Positions 1 to 11,011 of a stretch of 64,000 nt of DNA are shown here, piece after piece. A program made the position numbers and the translations under genes. The notes under the pieces are model-generated. The model was not told the DNA's origin. It saw nothing but the letters and a program-made list of their open reading frames with translations, and ran no database searches. The DNA comes from Podarcis liolepis (Eukaryota), in assembly GCA_965112155.1 (NCBI GenBank), contig OZ218110.1; one strand, given 5' to 3'. The first letter of the stretch is position 1, and every line of letters begins with the position of its first letter.

Positions 1-510
1 CGGGTGGTGGTCGTAGGTCGCCTAGGCTGGTGCTGGGATCGTGTGCATGGGCTGGGCGTGGAAACGGGGGTGCCTGTTAAGCACAGAAACAGGACTGCAT
101 GTTCGCGTGGACAGGGGTGTTGGGAAGAGGACTGTGGCGTAAAGCAGCAGCGAAGAGTCGGGAGGACAAGCATACCTCGGGCCAGGCAGGGCGCTTTGCT
201 GGCAGACGGTCCTGTTGCCCCCCGAGGGCGCGCGATGCATCTAGGCAGGTCGGGACTGGTCAGGCGGAATCCCGTGTCTACTGCCTGCAGCTCCATTATG
301 GGAAGAAGGTGGTATAAGCGGACTGAAAGAAATAGGCAGATCAAGCTGTAAGGATCTTGAGGGTAGCGGGGCTAGGAAACGCATCTGTTTTAGATCATGG
401 ACGATTGCCGCCAGTCGGGATACTTGAATGCTTGAATTAAGCACCTGGTAAATTTCCGATGTAAGCTTAAGAGGGCTGGAGATCTTGGGCCGTGCTCAGC
501 GGCTACCCGT
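1..510. promoter_or_regulatory. Edge of a CpG-rich island, probably the SNX11 promoter/first-intron region
   Basis: GC-rich with many CpGs, unlike the CpG-depleted sequence after ~520; lies upstream of the SNX11 exons on the + strand. Confidence 0.55.
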
Positions 511-2880
511 TGAAACTTAAGTTAGTTATGTCTATTACTTATTTCATAAAACTTATGAAATAATTTTTCATACCCCCACTAGCCTCGAAGTGGCTTACAA
601 AGAGGGGAAAAAGAACTAATATAAAAATAGAAACAGTAATAAACTAAATACCGCTCAAAGCACTCACAAACATAGTGGAACACAAGAGCCTGCCTGATGC
701 CACTAGGTAGAGAGTTCAAAAGTGTAGCATTGGTTTCCATGGGCCTTGAGTAAGGTTAGCATTGGACACCACCCCCTCGAGTTATTTCCTGAGACACCCG
801 TCCCTCCCCTGTTACTGTTATAAGTCTGTTGGCATTTCATAACTTCTGCATAGTTTCCCCTTGCCTGTCTGTAAACTAGCAAAGTGCTTGTGTTACTTAC
901 ACACAAACACACACACACACCCTTCTCCTAAGCACGGTGTGCAAACCAGATGCACTGAAACACACTGGAACATACTAGACCTGCCCCCTCACCACTTCCC
1001 CTGTGCCCTTCCTCCTCCTGCCTGCTTGTGGTGTAGGGTCTGAGAAGACCTATTATTGGAGGAAGCAGGAGGAAAGTGCTTCTTGGGTCAAGTCTGTGGG
1101 AGAAGTGGCACGGGGATGCAACATTTTCTCCCCAGAAAATATTGATCCTGCTCATTTATTTTTAAAGCTAACACTACTAATGGTAAGAGATTCTGAGTAG
1201 CTACTAACTTGAGACAACTGAAGTGAGGATTTTGACACCCAGCAGAAAAGCAGGCAGGGTTTATATCTCTACGTGGACTAGGCAGCAGGCACCAGGCTCA
1301 AATAGGCTCTTCTTTTATCTTCTAGTAGCTGAGGATTGCAGCATGGGATAACACTAATGTTTGGTACTTATGTAGTGCATCCAGGATGCAGAGCACCTGC
1401 AGCATTAAGGGGTTGTTATAAGGGTTAGTGATGAAGCTGAGTCAGTGCTGTTAATCCCCATGTTACTGACTGCCTGTGGGAGGTCTGGTATTGCCTTGAT
1501 GGCACCTGCTTTCTCTAGTGGTAACCAAATCACAAAGTTGGAAAGTCACCTCAAAGGTCATCTAGTCCAACCGACACATCCCCCCCCCCCCGATGCAGGA
1601 AACCCACTACCAGACATTCCTGATAGGAATAAATTGGGATTATGTATGACTTGTCTACCTGTTAAAGGTCAAAGATGTATGGGCCAGGAACAGAGGGGAG
1701 TGTTTGGGCTGTAGCCTATTTGAAAATCACGATCCCTGACCTGGAATCATACACATGCCAGAATTCTTGCATGTTTCCGCAAGACTGGGAATGGAATCTG
1801 AGGCTAAGCCCTTGTAAAGGGAAGGGCTGCTAAGGCAGGTCCTGAATAATAATTTTAAAAGGTTATTTGCATACTGAGCTTTTGTTTCCAAGATACTGGA
1901 GTGAGCAAAAACACATATAAACAGATTTGGGGACTTATATTGGCACTTAGACACCCTGGGCTTACTGTTCAAAAAGAGGAAGAAGTATATGCATGTGTAT
2001 GCATTTTTTTTGAGCAGTAAAATGGAAGTGCATTGCCTAAGCTCGGTTCCCATCTCAGACTGTCCCATACAGTGCTGGGATAGTGTTATCAGAAGGTTCA
2101 GGGGTGGCTGCCATAGCCCCAAACACTGCTGTGTCTGTGTGTGTGTGGTTTCTCAATTGTTTACCCTTTCCTGCTGATGATAGTCATAGGTGACATTGAC
2201 ACTTGAGGGCTTGTGCTTTCCTTCCCTTGGTCTTTCCATTTTTGGACTTTCTCTCTCTCCCTATTTTTTGCATACTTGCCGTGTCCCTACTCTGTTCTTC
2301 CCTCTATGTGGCCCTGCTTTCACTGCCATACAAGTTGGCACTTCACTGGGTAGTAGGCCCAAACCACCAACAGCCAGACACACTGGCCCATTGTACCACA
2401 GGAGGCCAGGGAATAATAACTGTGGATCTCAAAAGGCAGAGTCTCCTGAGCAAGGATATATTTGATACAGGATAGAAGTGGGGTTTAAGGACATAAAAAC
2501 CTTAGGTGTTGTTGTTACAAGTTTTCTGATTGAGCTGGGTGTTTTGAACTTCCTAGCAAATAAGGAACCAACAACTAGTTAATCAACTGTGCCGCACCAC
2601 ATCAGCCTCCTGCTGATAATATCCTTCTTTAATGACATTTTCCTTACAGAGGAAGCTTTCTGTTTATTTAAAGGTAGGGAAGGTGTCTGTCATTTTGAGC
2701 CCTAGGCTTGGCAGTGACAGTGGCTAGTCAGAGGTGGCGGTGGAAACATTCTGCATGTGCTCAGACACACTATTGCCCAGGTTCCAGGATTGAATCTTTT
2801 TGAGTCATAGCTGAATTGAGACCTAAATCATACTCATTTTTCCTGTGATCCCCAGAGCTCCTTTTGTTTCGATTTTGTAG

Positions 2881-3005
2881 GTTTTTCAAATCCAGCCCAG
2901 TGAATACTTCTAGTTCCTCAGCTTTGGTTGCAGATCCGTTCCTAAATTCTGGAGGACTTGGAACCTGTTCAGTGGAAAGGGGGTGAATGTGTTTGCCACC
3001 CTGAG
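2881..3005 (+). other. SNX11: Possible SNX11 5'UTR exon
   Basis: Acceptor-like 'ttcgattttgtag' ending at 2880 and donor-like 'GAG|gtaaaa' after 3005; no homology support. Confidence 0.2.
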
Positions 3006-4381
3006 GTAAAACAATTTTCAGATAGCCTCTTGCAGCAAAAAAATACAAATGAGTTTCCTAGTATGTACTTTAAAGACTTGAAACATTCTGTATACTTGAC
3101 ATTCATGTCCATCACAATATCCCTCCTAATGGCATTTTAAAGAGCAGATTGGGGAATCTTTGGAGATGGAGATGGAATCAATGCTGCCCAACTTGACAAG
3201 GCTGTTGTGAGAATCAGATAAGGGTTGTAGAGTGTTTTGCAAGTCAATGAAAGTGCTACAGAAACCATAGCAAGCCAGATTAGCCTAACTGATACTGGTG
3301 GTTTGCTTAAATTACCCACTCTTGCCCAATAGAAAGGGAGAAGCTACCCTTTAGCAAGTCTTTCCAGCTCCCCATCCCACATGTAAATATAATGCAGTAT
3401 TTCCCCTCTCGGTTGCCAAAGTCCTGCATTACTTTGGTTACTGAAAATTGTGTCTATGTAGGGCCAGTATTTAAGGTTGGTAATTTCAGGCATTTGCTGA
3501 GATCCATGCCTCAACCAAGGGTCACTACCAACCCCTCTGCTATCTCGGCCTTTTCACTGTAAGCAACTGAGCTGCAAAAGCAGTAGCAGCACTACCCTCC
3601 TCTGCTCCTCTTGCCATCTCCTTCTGGGAAGCTGTATGGATTGGGTCCAGAGGGAGAGAGCTAGCAAATGGGCAGTGGTCACAGCAGCGAGGAGGAAGGG
3701 GGTTTGCCAAGGGCATCTTGCCCGCCATTTCCCAAGTCAGTACCTCCACAGAGCCTAATAGAATTGGCATTTATCATGTTATCTTCCCACAAGGAAGGTG
3801 ATTCCAGGTGATGCTACTGCTATGTGAAAGACTAGCCATGGTTTTACCAGCAATGGAATGCTGAATACGGTTGTGCTTTGGAGTAGTAAAGTGTTTCCAA
3901 TACTTTGATTGTTACTCTCTCAAAAACCCTGTAAAATACGTCACTGGGCAGAACTGAGGGCAGGGGTAACCTCCTGTATGTGCTTAATGGATTTAGGAAT
4001 GAGGTACTTAAAAACAGTATTTCGACATACAATAACCTGGCTAGGGGACAGCACGGAGATAGTGACTTATTTAAGGGCACCCAGTGAGTCAGTGATTCAA
4101 GTGGGACTTAATCCTTGGAATCCCAGGACAACCTTCATATTGCTCTTGGATAATATCTGCTGGCTCTTAGTTCTCTAGCTTGTGGCAGAGGTCAGAATGT
4201 TCTTCCTCTTACTTCTGTACTTCTGCAGTATAGCAACAAGGACTGGAAGCATTGTTCTATTTTTAAAAAAATATGAAAGGTTCAGGAAACGAAGCTGACT
4301 TATGCACCAAATACTCCATTTCCTTCCCAGTGAGTGTTATAGCAGGCTCTGATATTTGTTTAATAATTTGGTTGATGGAGT

Positions 4382-4581
4382 NNNNNNNNNNNNNNNNNNN
4401 NNNNNNNNNNNNNNNNNNNNNNNNNNNNNNNNNNNNNNNNNNNNNNNNNNNNNNNNNNNNNNNNNNNNNNNNNNNNNNNNNNNNNNNNNNNNNNNNNNNN
4501 NNNNNNNNNNNNNNNNNNNNNNNNNNNNNNNNNNNNNNNNNNNNNNNNNNNNNNNNNNNNNNNNNNNNNNNNNNNNNNNNN
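4382..4581. other. Assembly gap (200 N)
   Basis: Run of exactly 200 n, a fixed-size scaffolding gap; the true length is unknown. Confidence 0.99.
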
Positions 4582-4861
4582 GACAGAGGACAGGTCTTTT
4601 AACATCTATTAGCCTTCATCCACATCACCTGGTACTTGAAGGTATCCTTACCTCCATGTTCCAAGACAATATCAGTTGCGGGCAACAAAGAAAGGAATGT
4701 GGTTGCTTCCATCCTGTGCTTTTCAACTTCCTGGGTGCCTCTGGTTGGCCATCATTGAAAAAAGGTGCTGAAGTAGATGTACTTTTGGTGTGATCTAGCA
4801 AGGCTTCTTTTTCTATCTGCTTAAACAGTTTTCTATCTGCTTAAACAGTTTCTGTTTGTAG

Positions 4862-4900
4862 ATGATGTTCTTCAGGCTAGGAGTCATTATTCCTCTTAAG
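4862..4900 (+). CDS. SNX11: Candidate SNX11 start-codon exon (MMFFRLGVIIPLK)
   Basis: Acceptor 'tctgtttgtag' at 4861, 39 nt starting with ATG, donor 'AAG|gtatgg' at 4901; joins the 4986 exon in phase 0. Weak similarity to the mammalian N-terminus, so the real start exon could be elsewhere or in the gap. Confidence 0.4.
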
Positions 4901-4985
4901 GTATGGGATGGGAGGCCGTGGGGAGGAGTATTGGGACTGGAGACTTTTGAATGTGTTTCCACACCCCCTCTATCCTCTTGCCCAG

Positions 4986-5072
4986 GAGCTGACCACTGTG
5001 CGTGTCCAAGATCCTCGTGTCCAGAACGAGGGCTCCTGGAACTCTTATGTGGACTACAAAATATTCCTCCAT
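4986..5072 (+). CDS. SNX11: Sorting nexin 11 exon, start of PX domain (ELTTVRVQDPRVQNEGSWNSYVDYKIFLH)
   Basis: cccag acceptor and gtaagt donor; peptide essentially identical to vertebrate SNX11. Confidence 0.97.
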
Positions 5073-5589
5073 GTAAGTATGGCAAAGCTGGAGCTGGAAG
5101 GGGTCCAAAGAGCAACAGCTAAAGTGACTGGAAATATGGCTTGTCACCTCATGTAGAAAACATTTGTAAAACAAATTCTTCTTCTAACAAAGCCATCTTC
5201 GCCTGGTGCTGAAATGGCCATCTCTGCTACTTCTTCAAACTGCTGTGTAAGTGAGAGTAAACTGCCTGTATTCCAGTCCCTCTGGCAACTGCACAGAATT
5301 TGGAAGAGAAGTCAACTTTGCATCACGGGCAGGCAGAAGGCAAGAGACAGCAGGAATTCTCCTGCTATTTGTTTCTTACCTTTTCCAAAGCTCTGCACAA
5401 GTGAGACAAGACTCCAAGAGAGCTCATTAGCAGGCACAGAGGGAAGAAAGATACATTTTCTCTTGCTTGTGATGGAGTTCAGAGAATGAAAGAAACAGCA
5501 GGAGAAAATCTTGCTGCTTCTTACCTTCTCCAGGCTGCAGTGTGAAGAAGTCTGAAAGAGACTTCTAGGAGTCATGGGTACTTTCCATT

Positions 5590-5757
5590 GGCACCTTATA
5601 TTGGTCCACACAGCTCACTATTGTCTCCATTGGCATGCAGCAGAAGCCTTCCGAGGTTTCAGACAGGGTTCTCCCTGCCTCTGCTTGGAGATGCCTTGGA
5701 TTGAATCTCAAACCTTCTATGTAGAAAGCAGATGTTCTGCCATTAAGATACAACCCT
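5590..5757 (-). mobile_element. tRNA-derived squamate SINE (Squam2-like), degenerate
   Basis: Reverse complement gives 'ggcagaacatctgctttctacatagaaggtttgagattcaatcc...catctcca', matching copies at 8622 and 6765. Confidence 0.6.
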
Positions 5758-6074
5758 AATCCAGGGATTGTGCTAGTCTTGAGGCTATAACAGAGTGACC
5801 TCTGAGAAAACAGAAGCTAGCCATCTCTGGATTAGAGGATTATGTGGAGGATGGCTGGGAGTCAACTACCTTGGGGACCTTACCTGCTGGTTTAGAGGCT
5901 GGACCACCAGATCATGTAGATAAATAAGGGATGGCTAGCACAATGCACCCTTCATGTTACCTTTTCCTGCAGCATCTGACTGACAACTGCTAGGCTAGAT
6001 GAATCTTTGGTCTGATTTCCCCTAAGGCAATTTTTATTTGGGCTCTCATCCCACTGCCTGCCTTGGCTGATCAA

Positions 6075-6075
<1 letters not shown>

Positions 6076-6112
<37 letters not shown>
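6076..6112. repeat. (TAA)n microsatellite
   Basis: Direct reading; source of the poly-Y ORF. Confidence 0.95.
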
Positions 6113-6113
<1 letters not shown>

Positions 6114-6506
6114 GTCACATTTCCGAGGGCTCAGTTGTAGGTACCTCTCTGAGAGGCAGAAGGAAATGTAAGACAAACAAATCTGTTGCTAATAGTTAAA
6201 GGACATTATAGAGAAAAAGGCCATTCTTTTAATACCAAAAAAATCAAATGGCAAGCATGCTCTTTGCTGACACAGCCTCACCTGTTGGTCAATTAAATCT
6301 TTAGTTCAGCCATCATAATGATTAAAAGTTTGCATTTCCAGTTTTCATGGCACAAAGTGTCTACAGTATAATGCTAGTGCTGCTTTAACAAAATGGCCAG
6401 CAGAGGGAGACAGCTTGGAAAAAGAGCCTGAGATAAGAAAATGAAAGTGGGGGCGGGAGGGCGGTCAGGAAATCTCAGAGCAACACTCTCTCTTCTCATC
6501 ATGCAG

Positions 6507-6607
6507 ACCAACAGCAAAGCCTTTACAGCCAAGACATCCTGTGTACGCAGACGATACCGTGAGTTCGTGTGGCTGAAGAAACGGCTGCAGAAAAACGCCG
6601 GCTTGGT
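6507..6607 (+). CDS. SNX11: SNX11 exon ([34 protein letters not shown])
   Basis: atgcag acceptor, gtaagt donor, 101 nt; contains the PX RRY motif. Confidence 0.97.
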
Positions 6608-6764
6608 GTAAGTGTGAAATGGCAATCTTTTCAAAGCCTGCTGTACCCACAAAACATCACCAGGATAGGCAGGGCCTATGCCCCAATATAGCTCTGTTGA
6701 AAATAAAACTAGCTGAGGGTTCTAAATGCATTTGTTTGAATGGAAGCCTTTAAAATGTGCCTAA

Positions 6765-6965
6765 CAAAGAGTGGCTCATTGGGAGAGCACATGCTTTGCA
6801 TGCAGAGGATCCCATGTTCATTCCCTGACGTCTTAAGTTAAAAGTGATCTGAGTAACAGTACTGGGAAAAGGATCCCCTGCCTGACACCTTTGGAGAGCT
6901 GCTGCCAGTCAGAGATGTTACTGGCAAGAAGGAGCAATAGCTACCTTCTGAATAAGGCTGCTTTA
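6765..6965 (+). mobile_element. tRNA-derived SINE (Squam2-like)
   Basis: 'ggctcattgggagagcacatgctttgcatgcagaggatcccatgttca...ggagagctgctgccagtcag...aataaggctgc'. Confidence 0.6.
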
Positions 6966-7424
6966 TATGTCAATTTCTTTTGTTAGAACTTAGAAGAGGC
7001 TTGCAATTTACCTTTTGCAAAGTTCATGTTACATCTACTCACTTGCAAGTGAGCCCAGCTCTGATACTGATCTAGCATCTGCTCTGATACTGATCTAGCA
7101 TCCTGGAACCTACATAACTTTTCTGTAAACCCAGCTTGATAATTTAGTGCTGAGGACCATTCAAAGACATCAGCTTCACCTTGCAGAAATGCTGAGTTTT
7201 TCGTAAGGGGATCCGTCATGCGCTAACAGCTCCTGTCAGGCTTGTGGAAGATGTGCATTTCACTAATGTGCTTTTGCCAGTTTCATTGCCAAAATCAAAG
7301 GAGTCGTGTGAGAGTTTGCTGGAAGTCATTTTCATTCCTGACAAGAGCAAAATGCAGGAGGTAGCTGGTAGAGCTAGTAGTTTCCAGAGGGATCTCTTTT
7401 CAATAGTGCACAACAAACTCTTGG

Positions 7425-7947
7425 AATATAGTTACAGATAGGTAGCCGTGTTGGTCTGCCATAGTCAAAACAAAAAAATTCCTTCCAGTAGCACCTTAAA
7501 GACCAACTAAGTTAGTTCTTGGTATGAGCTTTCGTGTGCAAGCACACTTCTTCAGATACACTGAAACAGAAGTTGCCAGATCCTTCTATATAGTGAGAAG
7601 GTGGGGAGGGGTATTACTCAGGAGGGTGGTGGGAATGGGTGATTGGCAGATAGCTAAGATGAGCCTGTTGACGACTCTTAACGACTGCAATAGGTCTTAC
7701 AGGAGAAAGCAAGGGGTGAGAAGGTGAGAAATGGCTTTGTCATGTATAATGAGATAAGAATCCAATGTCTTTGTTCAGGCCAGGTCTCTCCATGGTTTTA
7801 AGTTTGGTAATGAGTTGTAATTCAGCAGCTTCTCTTTCCAGTCTATTTCTGAAATTCCTTTGTAGTAAAACAGCTACTTTGAGATCTTGTATAGAATGTC
7901 CTGGGAGATTGAAGTGTTCTCCTACTGGTTTCTCTGTCTTGTGATTC
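7425..7947 (-). mobile_element. Penelope-like retroelement 3' fragment (C-terminal GIY-YIG endonuclease region plus terminal repeat)
   Basis: - strand peptide NHKTEKPVGEHFNLPGHSIQDLKVAVLLQRNFRNRLEREAAELQLITKLKTMERPGLNKDIG, typical of the PLE GIY-YIG C-terminus (HF..H..., R...E...I..L.....GLN); followed by a 3' region containing a hammerhead motif. Confidence 0.9.
7522..7559 (-). ncRNA. Minimal type I hammerhead ribozyme motif of the Penelope element
   Basis: - strand 5'-GUAU CUGAAGA A GUGUG CUUG CACAC GAAA GCUC AUAC-3': core boxes CUGANGA and GAAA, 5-bp stem II, GUAU/AUAC stem I, palindromic AGCU in place of stem III. Confidence 0.8.
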
Positions 7948-7976
7948 GTTCTTACGCCCCCTCCCCAATCTTTCAG

Positions 7977-8075
7977 GCCTGTCCCAGAACTTCCAGGGAA
8001 GTCCACCTTCTTTGCAGGCAGCTCTGATGAATTCATTGAGAAGCGGAGGCAAGGGCTTCAGCAGTTCCTGGAGAA
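7977..8075 (+). CDS. SNX11: SNX11 exon (PVPELPGKSTFFAGSSDEFIEKRRQGLQQFLEK)
   Basis: tttcag acceptor, gtgagt donor, phase 2-2, 99 nt; PX proline loop and IEKRRQGL helix. Confidence 0.97.
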
Positions 8076-8296
8076 GTGAGTAGAAAGTAGGAACGAAGGT
8101 GGGGGAGGGCAGAGTTATGTGCTTGGATGCTGTCATACATTTTGCAGAAATGTGGGTATATGTTGGGCTTCTCCATAAGAAAGAACGTTCCCATGAACAG
8201 TTACATTAATGTGTTCCATTCCCCATAATCTGCCCCTTTCTTTTCCCCTTCTGGCCTGGGATAAGTGCGTTTAGCTTCAGTTGCACTTCTTTTTTA

Positions 8297-8487
8297 ATTC
8301 TTATCCTGTCCTCCTGTTAAGAATCTTTGGGTGTAAGGTGAGGTCACCCTGCTTTATCTTTGAAAGCTTTCTGTAAGGTAGCCTAGGCCAGAGAGAGACG
8401 GGTGCCTTGGCCTAGGGTTACCCAGAGGACTTTACGGTGGAAGGTCTTCTCCTAGTCCAATACATTCACTTTGCTATCCCGGCTCTC
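8297..8487 (-). mobile_element. Degenerate tRNA-SINE (Squam3/MIR-like)
   Basis: Resembles the reverse complement of the SINE at 59559 (...ggctctc end, gccttggcctagggttacccag). Confidence 0.45.
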
Positions 8488-8621
8488 ACTTGTGGAGACT
8501 GACTTAGAAATGTAGTTGGAGTGAGCAGCTGTTAGCCCAGAGTGAGCAGAGGGAGGGCAACACCTCCCTTCCTCCACTTGGCTGATCCCCACTGCAAGGA
8601 AGGTGCTCTATTTTGCTGTCA

Positions 8622-8800
8622 GGGGAAGCGCAATAGCTCAGTGGTTGAGTACATGCTTCACATGCAGCAGGTCTTAGATTCAGATCCTGTTTATTTCCAG
8701 GTCGGCCTGGGAAAGACTCCTACCTGAACGCAGGAGAGCCATTGTCAGTGGACAGTACTGAACCATTGGTCAGACTTGGTATAAGGCAATTTCCTGTATA
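8622..8800 (+). mobile_element. tRNA-derived SINE (Squam2-like)
   Basis: A-box-like 'tagctcagtggttgag', B-box-like 'gattcagatcc', body 'ctgggaaagactcc...ggagagcc', tail 'gtataaggcaatttcct'. Confidence 0.7.
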
Positions 8801-9329
8801 TCTCATGGCCCTTTAAAACTTGGAGACAATACCCAAAGTGACTTCCAACATGTTTTAAAGTAGTAATGGGTATTGTGGCAGGTTTTTTTTAATTGGAAAT
8901 GTAAGGTATAACTATTCTTAAAAAATATAATGTTTCTCAAACTGTTATTTCCAACAAATTGCTTGAGACACCTGGAGAATACTCAGGTTGAATGATTACA
9001 TCTGCACACCATCTTTGTAGAGGCCAGGAGAAACACAACACATAACTGCTATGTTGTATTTTCCACATACTGAAAGACAGCACCACAGAGCTGGCATGTC
9101 TAACTCTCCAAGTAGGGCAGAGGTTTGTGTGCATTTGGCTTATCTCTCACTCACTTAGCTAGCCTGCCGAAAGCTAAGACTTGGCTATGTGGAAGAGAAG
9201 GGCAGGAAGGGCTGCTTGATCTGGGAAGCAGTCCTAGGGAAGGCTCTCTTGTACAGAAAGCATGGTTTACCAGGCACTGTTTGCTGTCCCCTTGGTTTGG
9301 TACTTACCACCTTCCGTTTTCCTTTCAAG

Positions 9330-9542
9330 GGTGGTACAGAATGTTGTGCTCCTTTCGGATAGCCAGCTGCACCTCTTCCTCCAGAGCCAGCTCTCTATAC
9401 CAGAGATTGAAGCTTGCGTTCAGGGTCGGGGCTCTCTGAGCGTCACAGATGCCATTCTCCATTACGCCATGTCGAACTGTGGTTGGGTGCAGGAGGAGGA
9501 CAGCCATTCCGCTCTGCTGGCCAAAGGGGACTTCAGCAGCAG
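9330..9542 (+). CDS. SNX11: SNX11 exon ([57 protein letters not shown]...GDFSS), extended-PX helices
   Basis: tttcaag acceptor, gtaatc donor, 213 nt; strong match to the SNX10/11 PX extension. Confidence 0.96.
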
Positions 9543-10007
9543 GTAATCGGAACTGGGTGTGTTGGTGCAGTTTGTACTAGATGCTGAAAACTCTGAAGTG
9601 AATCCAGAATGAAAACGGTTCCTATCTGGGGGAAAGAGAGCTGGATTGGAGGAGGAGATCAGTATTTGAATGGGAAATCAGCTGTGTATGAGCTCTGCTC
9701 CTGTCTCTTCTCTTTCCCAGAGACAGGGTGGAAAAAGTAGAGGATTGCCAGAGTTTCCATGAACACCATGCTTTGCACCTCCTCCTCAATCAAGTGCCAC
9801 CAGCCTCCTCTTTAATCAAGCGGGCAAGGCTTAGACATCACCAAGCAATTAACCACCACAATACAGGCTTTTTCAATAGTTGGATTTCAACATTTCCTGT
9901 AATCTTAAAAAAATGGTTATGGTTTTGAGCCAAAGGGGAGTGAACTAAATTCTGGTCTTGAAAGCTTTTCCCCCTTTCAGATATAGTTTTGTTGAATTTG
10001 TTATAAT

Positions 10008-10033
10008 ATGTGTGTGTGTGTGTGTGTGTGTGT
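10008..10033. repeat. (TG)n microsatellite
   Basis: Direct reading. Confidence 0.95.
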
Positions 10034-10878
10034 TTAGTGAGGCTTAAGTTACTGAATACAGTATTTTCCACAGTATTTTCCTGCTCATCTACAATTGTAT
10101 GCTGTTCTTCCATCTCCCGCTCTTCCTGAATTCACAGTGGTGCTTTGGTCTTAGACTGGCTATGGTTCTTGACCAGTCAAAACAGCTACACCATACTTCC
10201 CAAGAGATGAACTGCAGCATTCTTCCATATCACACAGAATTCCTGGGTGTGCCATTTGAAAGTGTGGTGCTTTGTCTCTCTAAGCAACTGTGTGCATGGG
10301 GGGAATGGGGCAATCCTAACCATATTTCTCAGAGCAGGGGTGGGCAGAGGTCATGCTTGCAGGATCTGTTTTGGTTTTTACTAGAACCCCAAGATCTACC
10401 AATCAGTCAGGTACAAAAAACCCCCATTGGAATTAAATTAATCTGTCGTCAGAAATTTGTTTTCAGTACCAGAACAGGGGACACGGGGACACACACACAC
10501 ACACACAATTTCTTGTGCCCTCTTTCCAGCTTTCTTAATAACTGGGGTGGTGGATGGGAGTTATCTGGTTGTTGCCATTGTTAAACAATTGGAAGCCAAA
10601 AACGCTTGCTGACCTACTTCAAATCACCTAGAGCTCTCCCAGGAGATCCTGATGTGCCATCTGCCCACCTCTGTCTTAAACGATAGATTGGCAGTGTAGG
10701 TGTAAATGTGTTTGGTCTGATTCCAAACCAAGGAACTCTGGGATGTATAGTTCTGTGAAGGAACCAAAGATTTCCAACAAAGTATTATCTCTCTTCTCTG
10801 CCTTCCCCTTTTTCTTGAAACCCAACCCTCCTTTTCTCTTACCTCCTTGTTTTGAAACCCAACCCTCTTTTCCAAAAG

Positions 10879-11011
10879 CTCTGTGGAATCTCACCCTCAC
10901 TGGTGTGACATCAGCATGGAAGACAGCCAGTTGGAGAGCCCGGATTCTGAGGAAGAGGAGCCACTGCCCGTTGACTCCGTAGCATCAGCTGACCTTGTCA
11001 AGGAACAGTGA
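10879..11011 (+). CDS. SNX11: SNX11 terminal coding exon (SSVESHPHWCDISMEDSQLESPDSEEEEPLPVDSVASADLVKEQ*)
   Basis: Long pyrimidine tract ending tccaaaag; phase 2 matches the previous exon; H..W...LESP pattern resembles the mammalian C-terminal tail; stop TGA at 11009-11011. Confidence 0.7.

Noticed and set aside
4-351. 115-aa ORF at the window start
   Set aside because: A by-product of GC-rich island sequence; no recognisable domain
4273-4793. ORFs containing poly-X
   Set aside because: Artefacts of the 200-N gap
7058-7102. Short direct repeats (also 14308-14336, 39551-39595, 49254-49308) as CRISPR-like arrays
   Set aside because: Only two-copy local tandem duplications in eukaryotic DNA, with no spacer array
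7740-8036. 98-aa antisense ORF overlapping an SNX11 exon, which looks like a fusion gene
   Set aside because: A chance read-through from the antisense of the exon into the truncated Penelope GIY-YIG tail; the catalytic N-terminal motifs are missing
8622-8700. tRNA genes (also at 59559 and 60702)
   Set aside because: The tRNA-like heads continue into SINE bodies and LINE-derived tails; no complete cloverleaf
10099-10584. Longest ORF (161 aa)
   Set aside because: Intronic, includes a (CA)n-derived THTHTH run and has no homology signal
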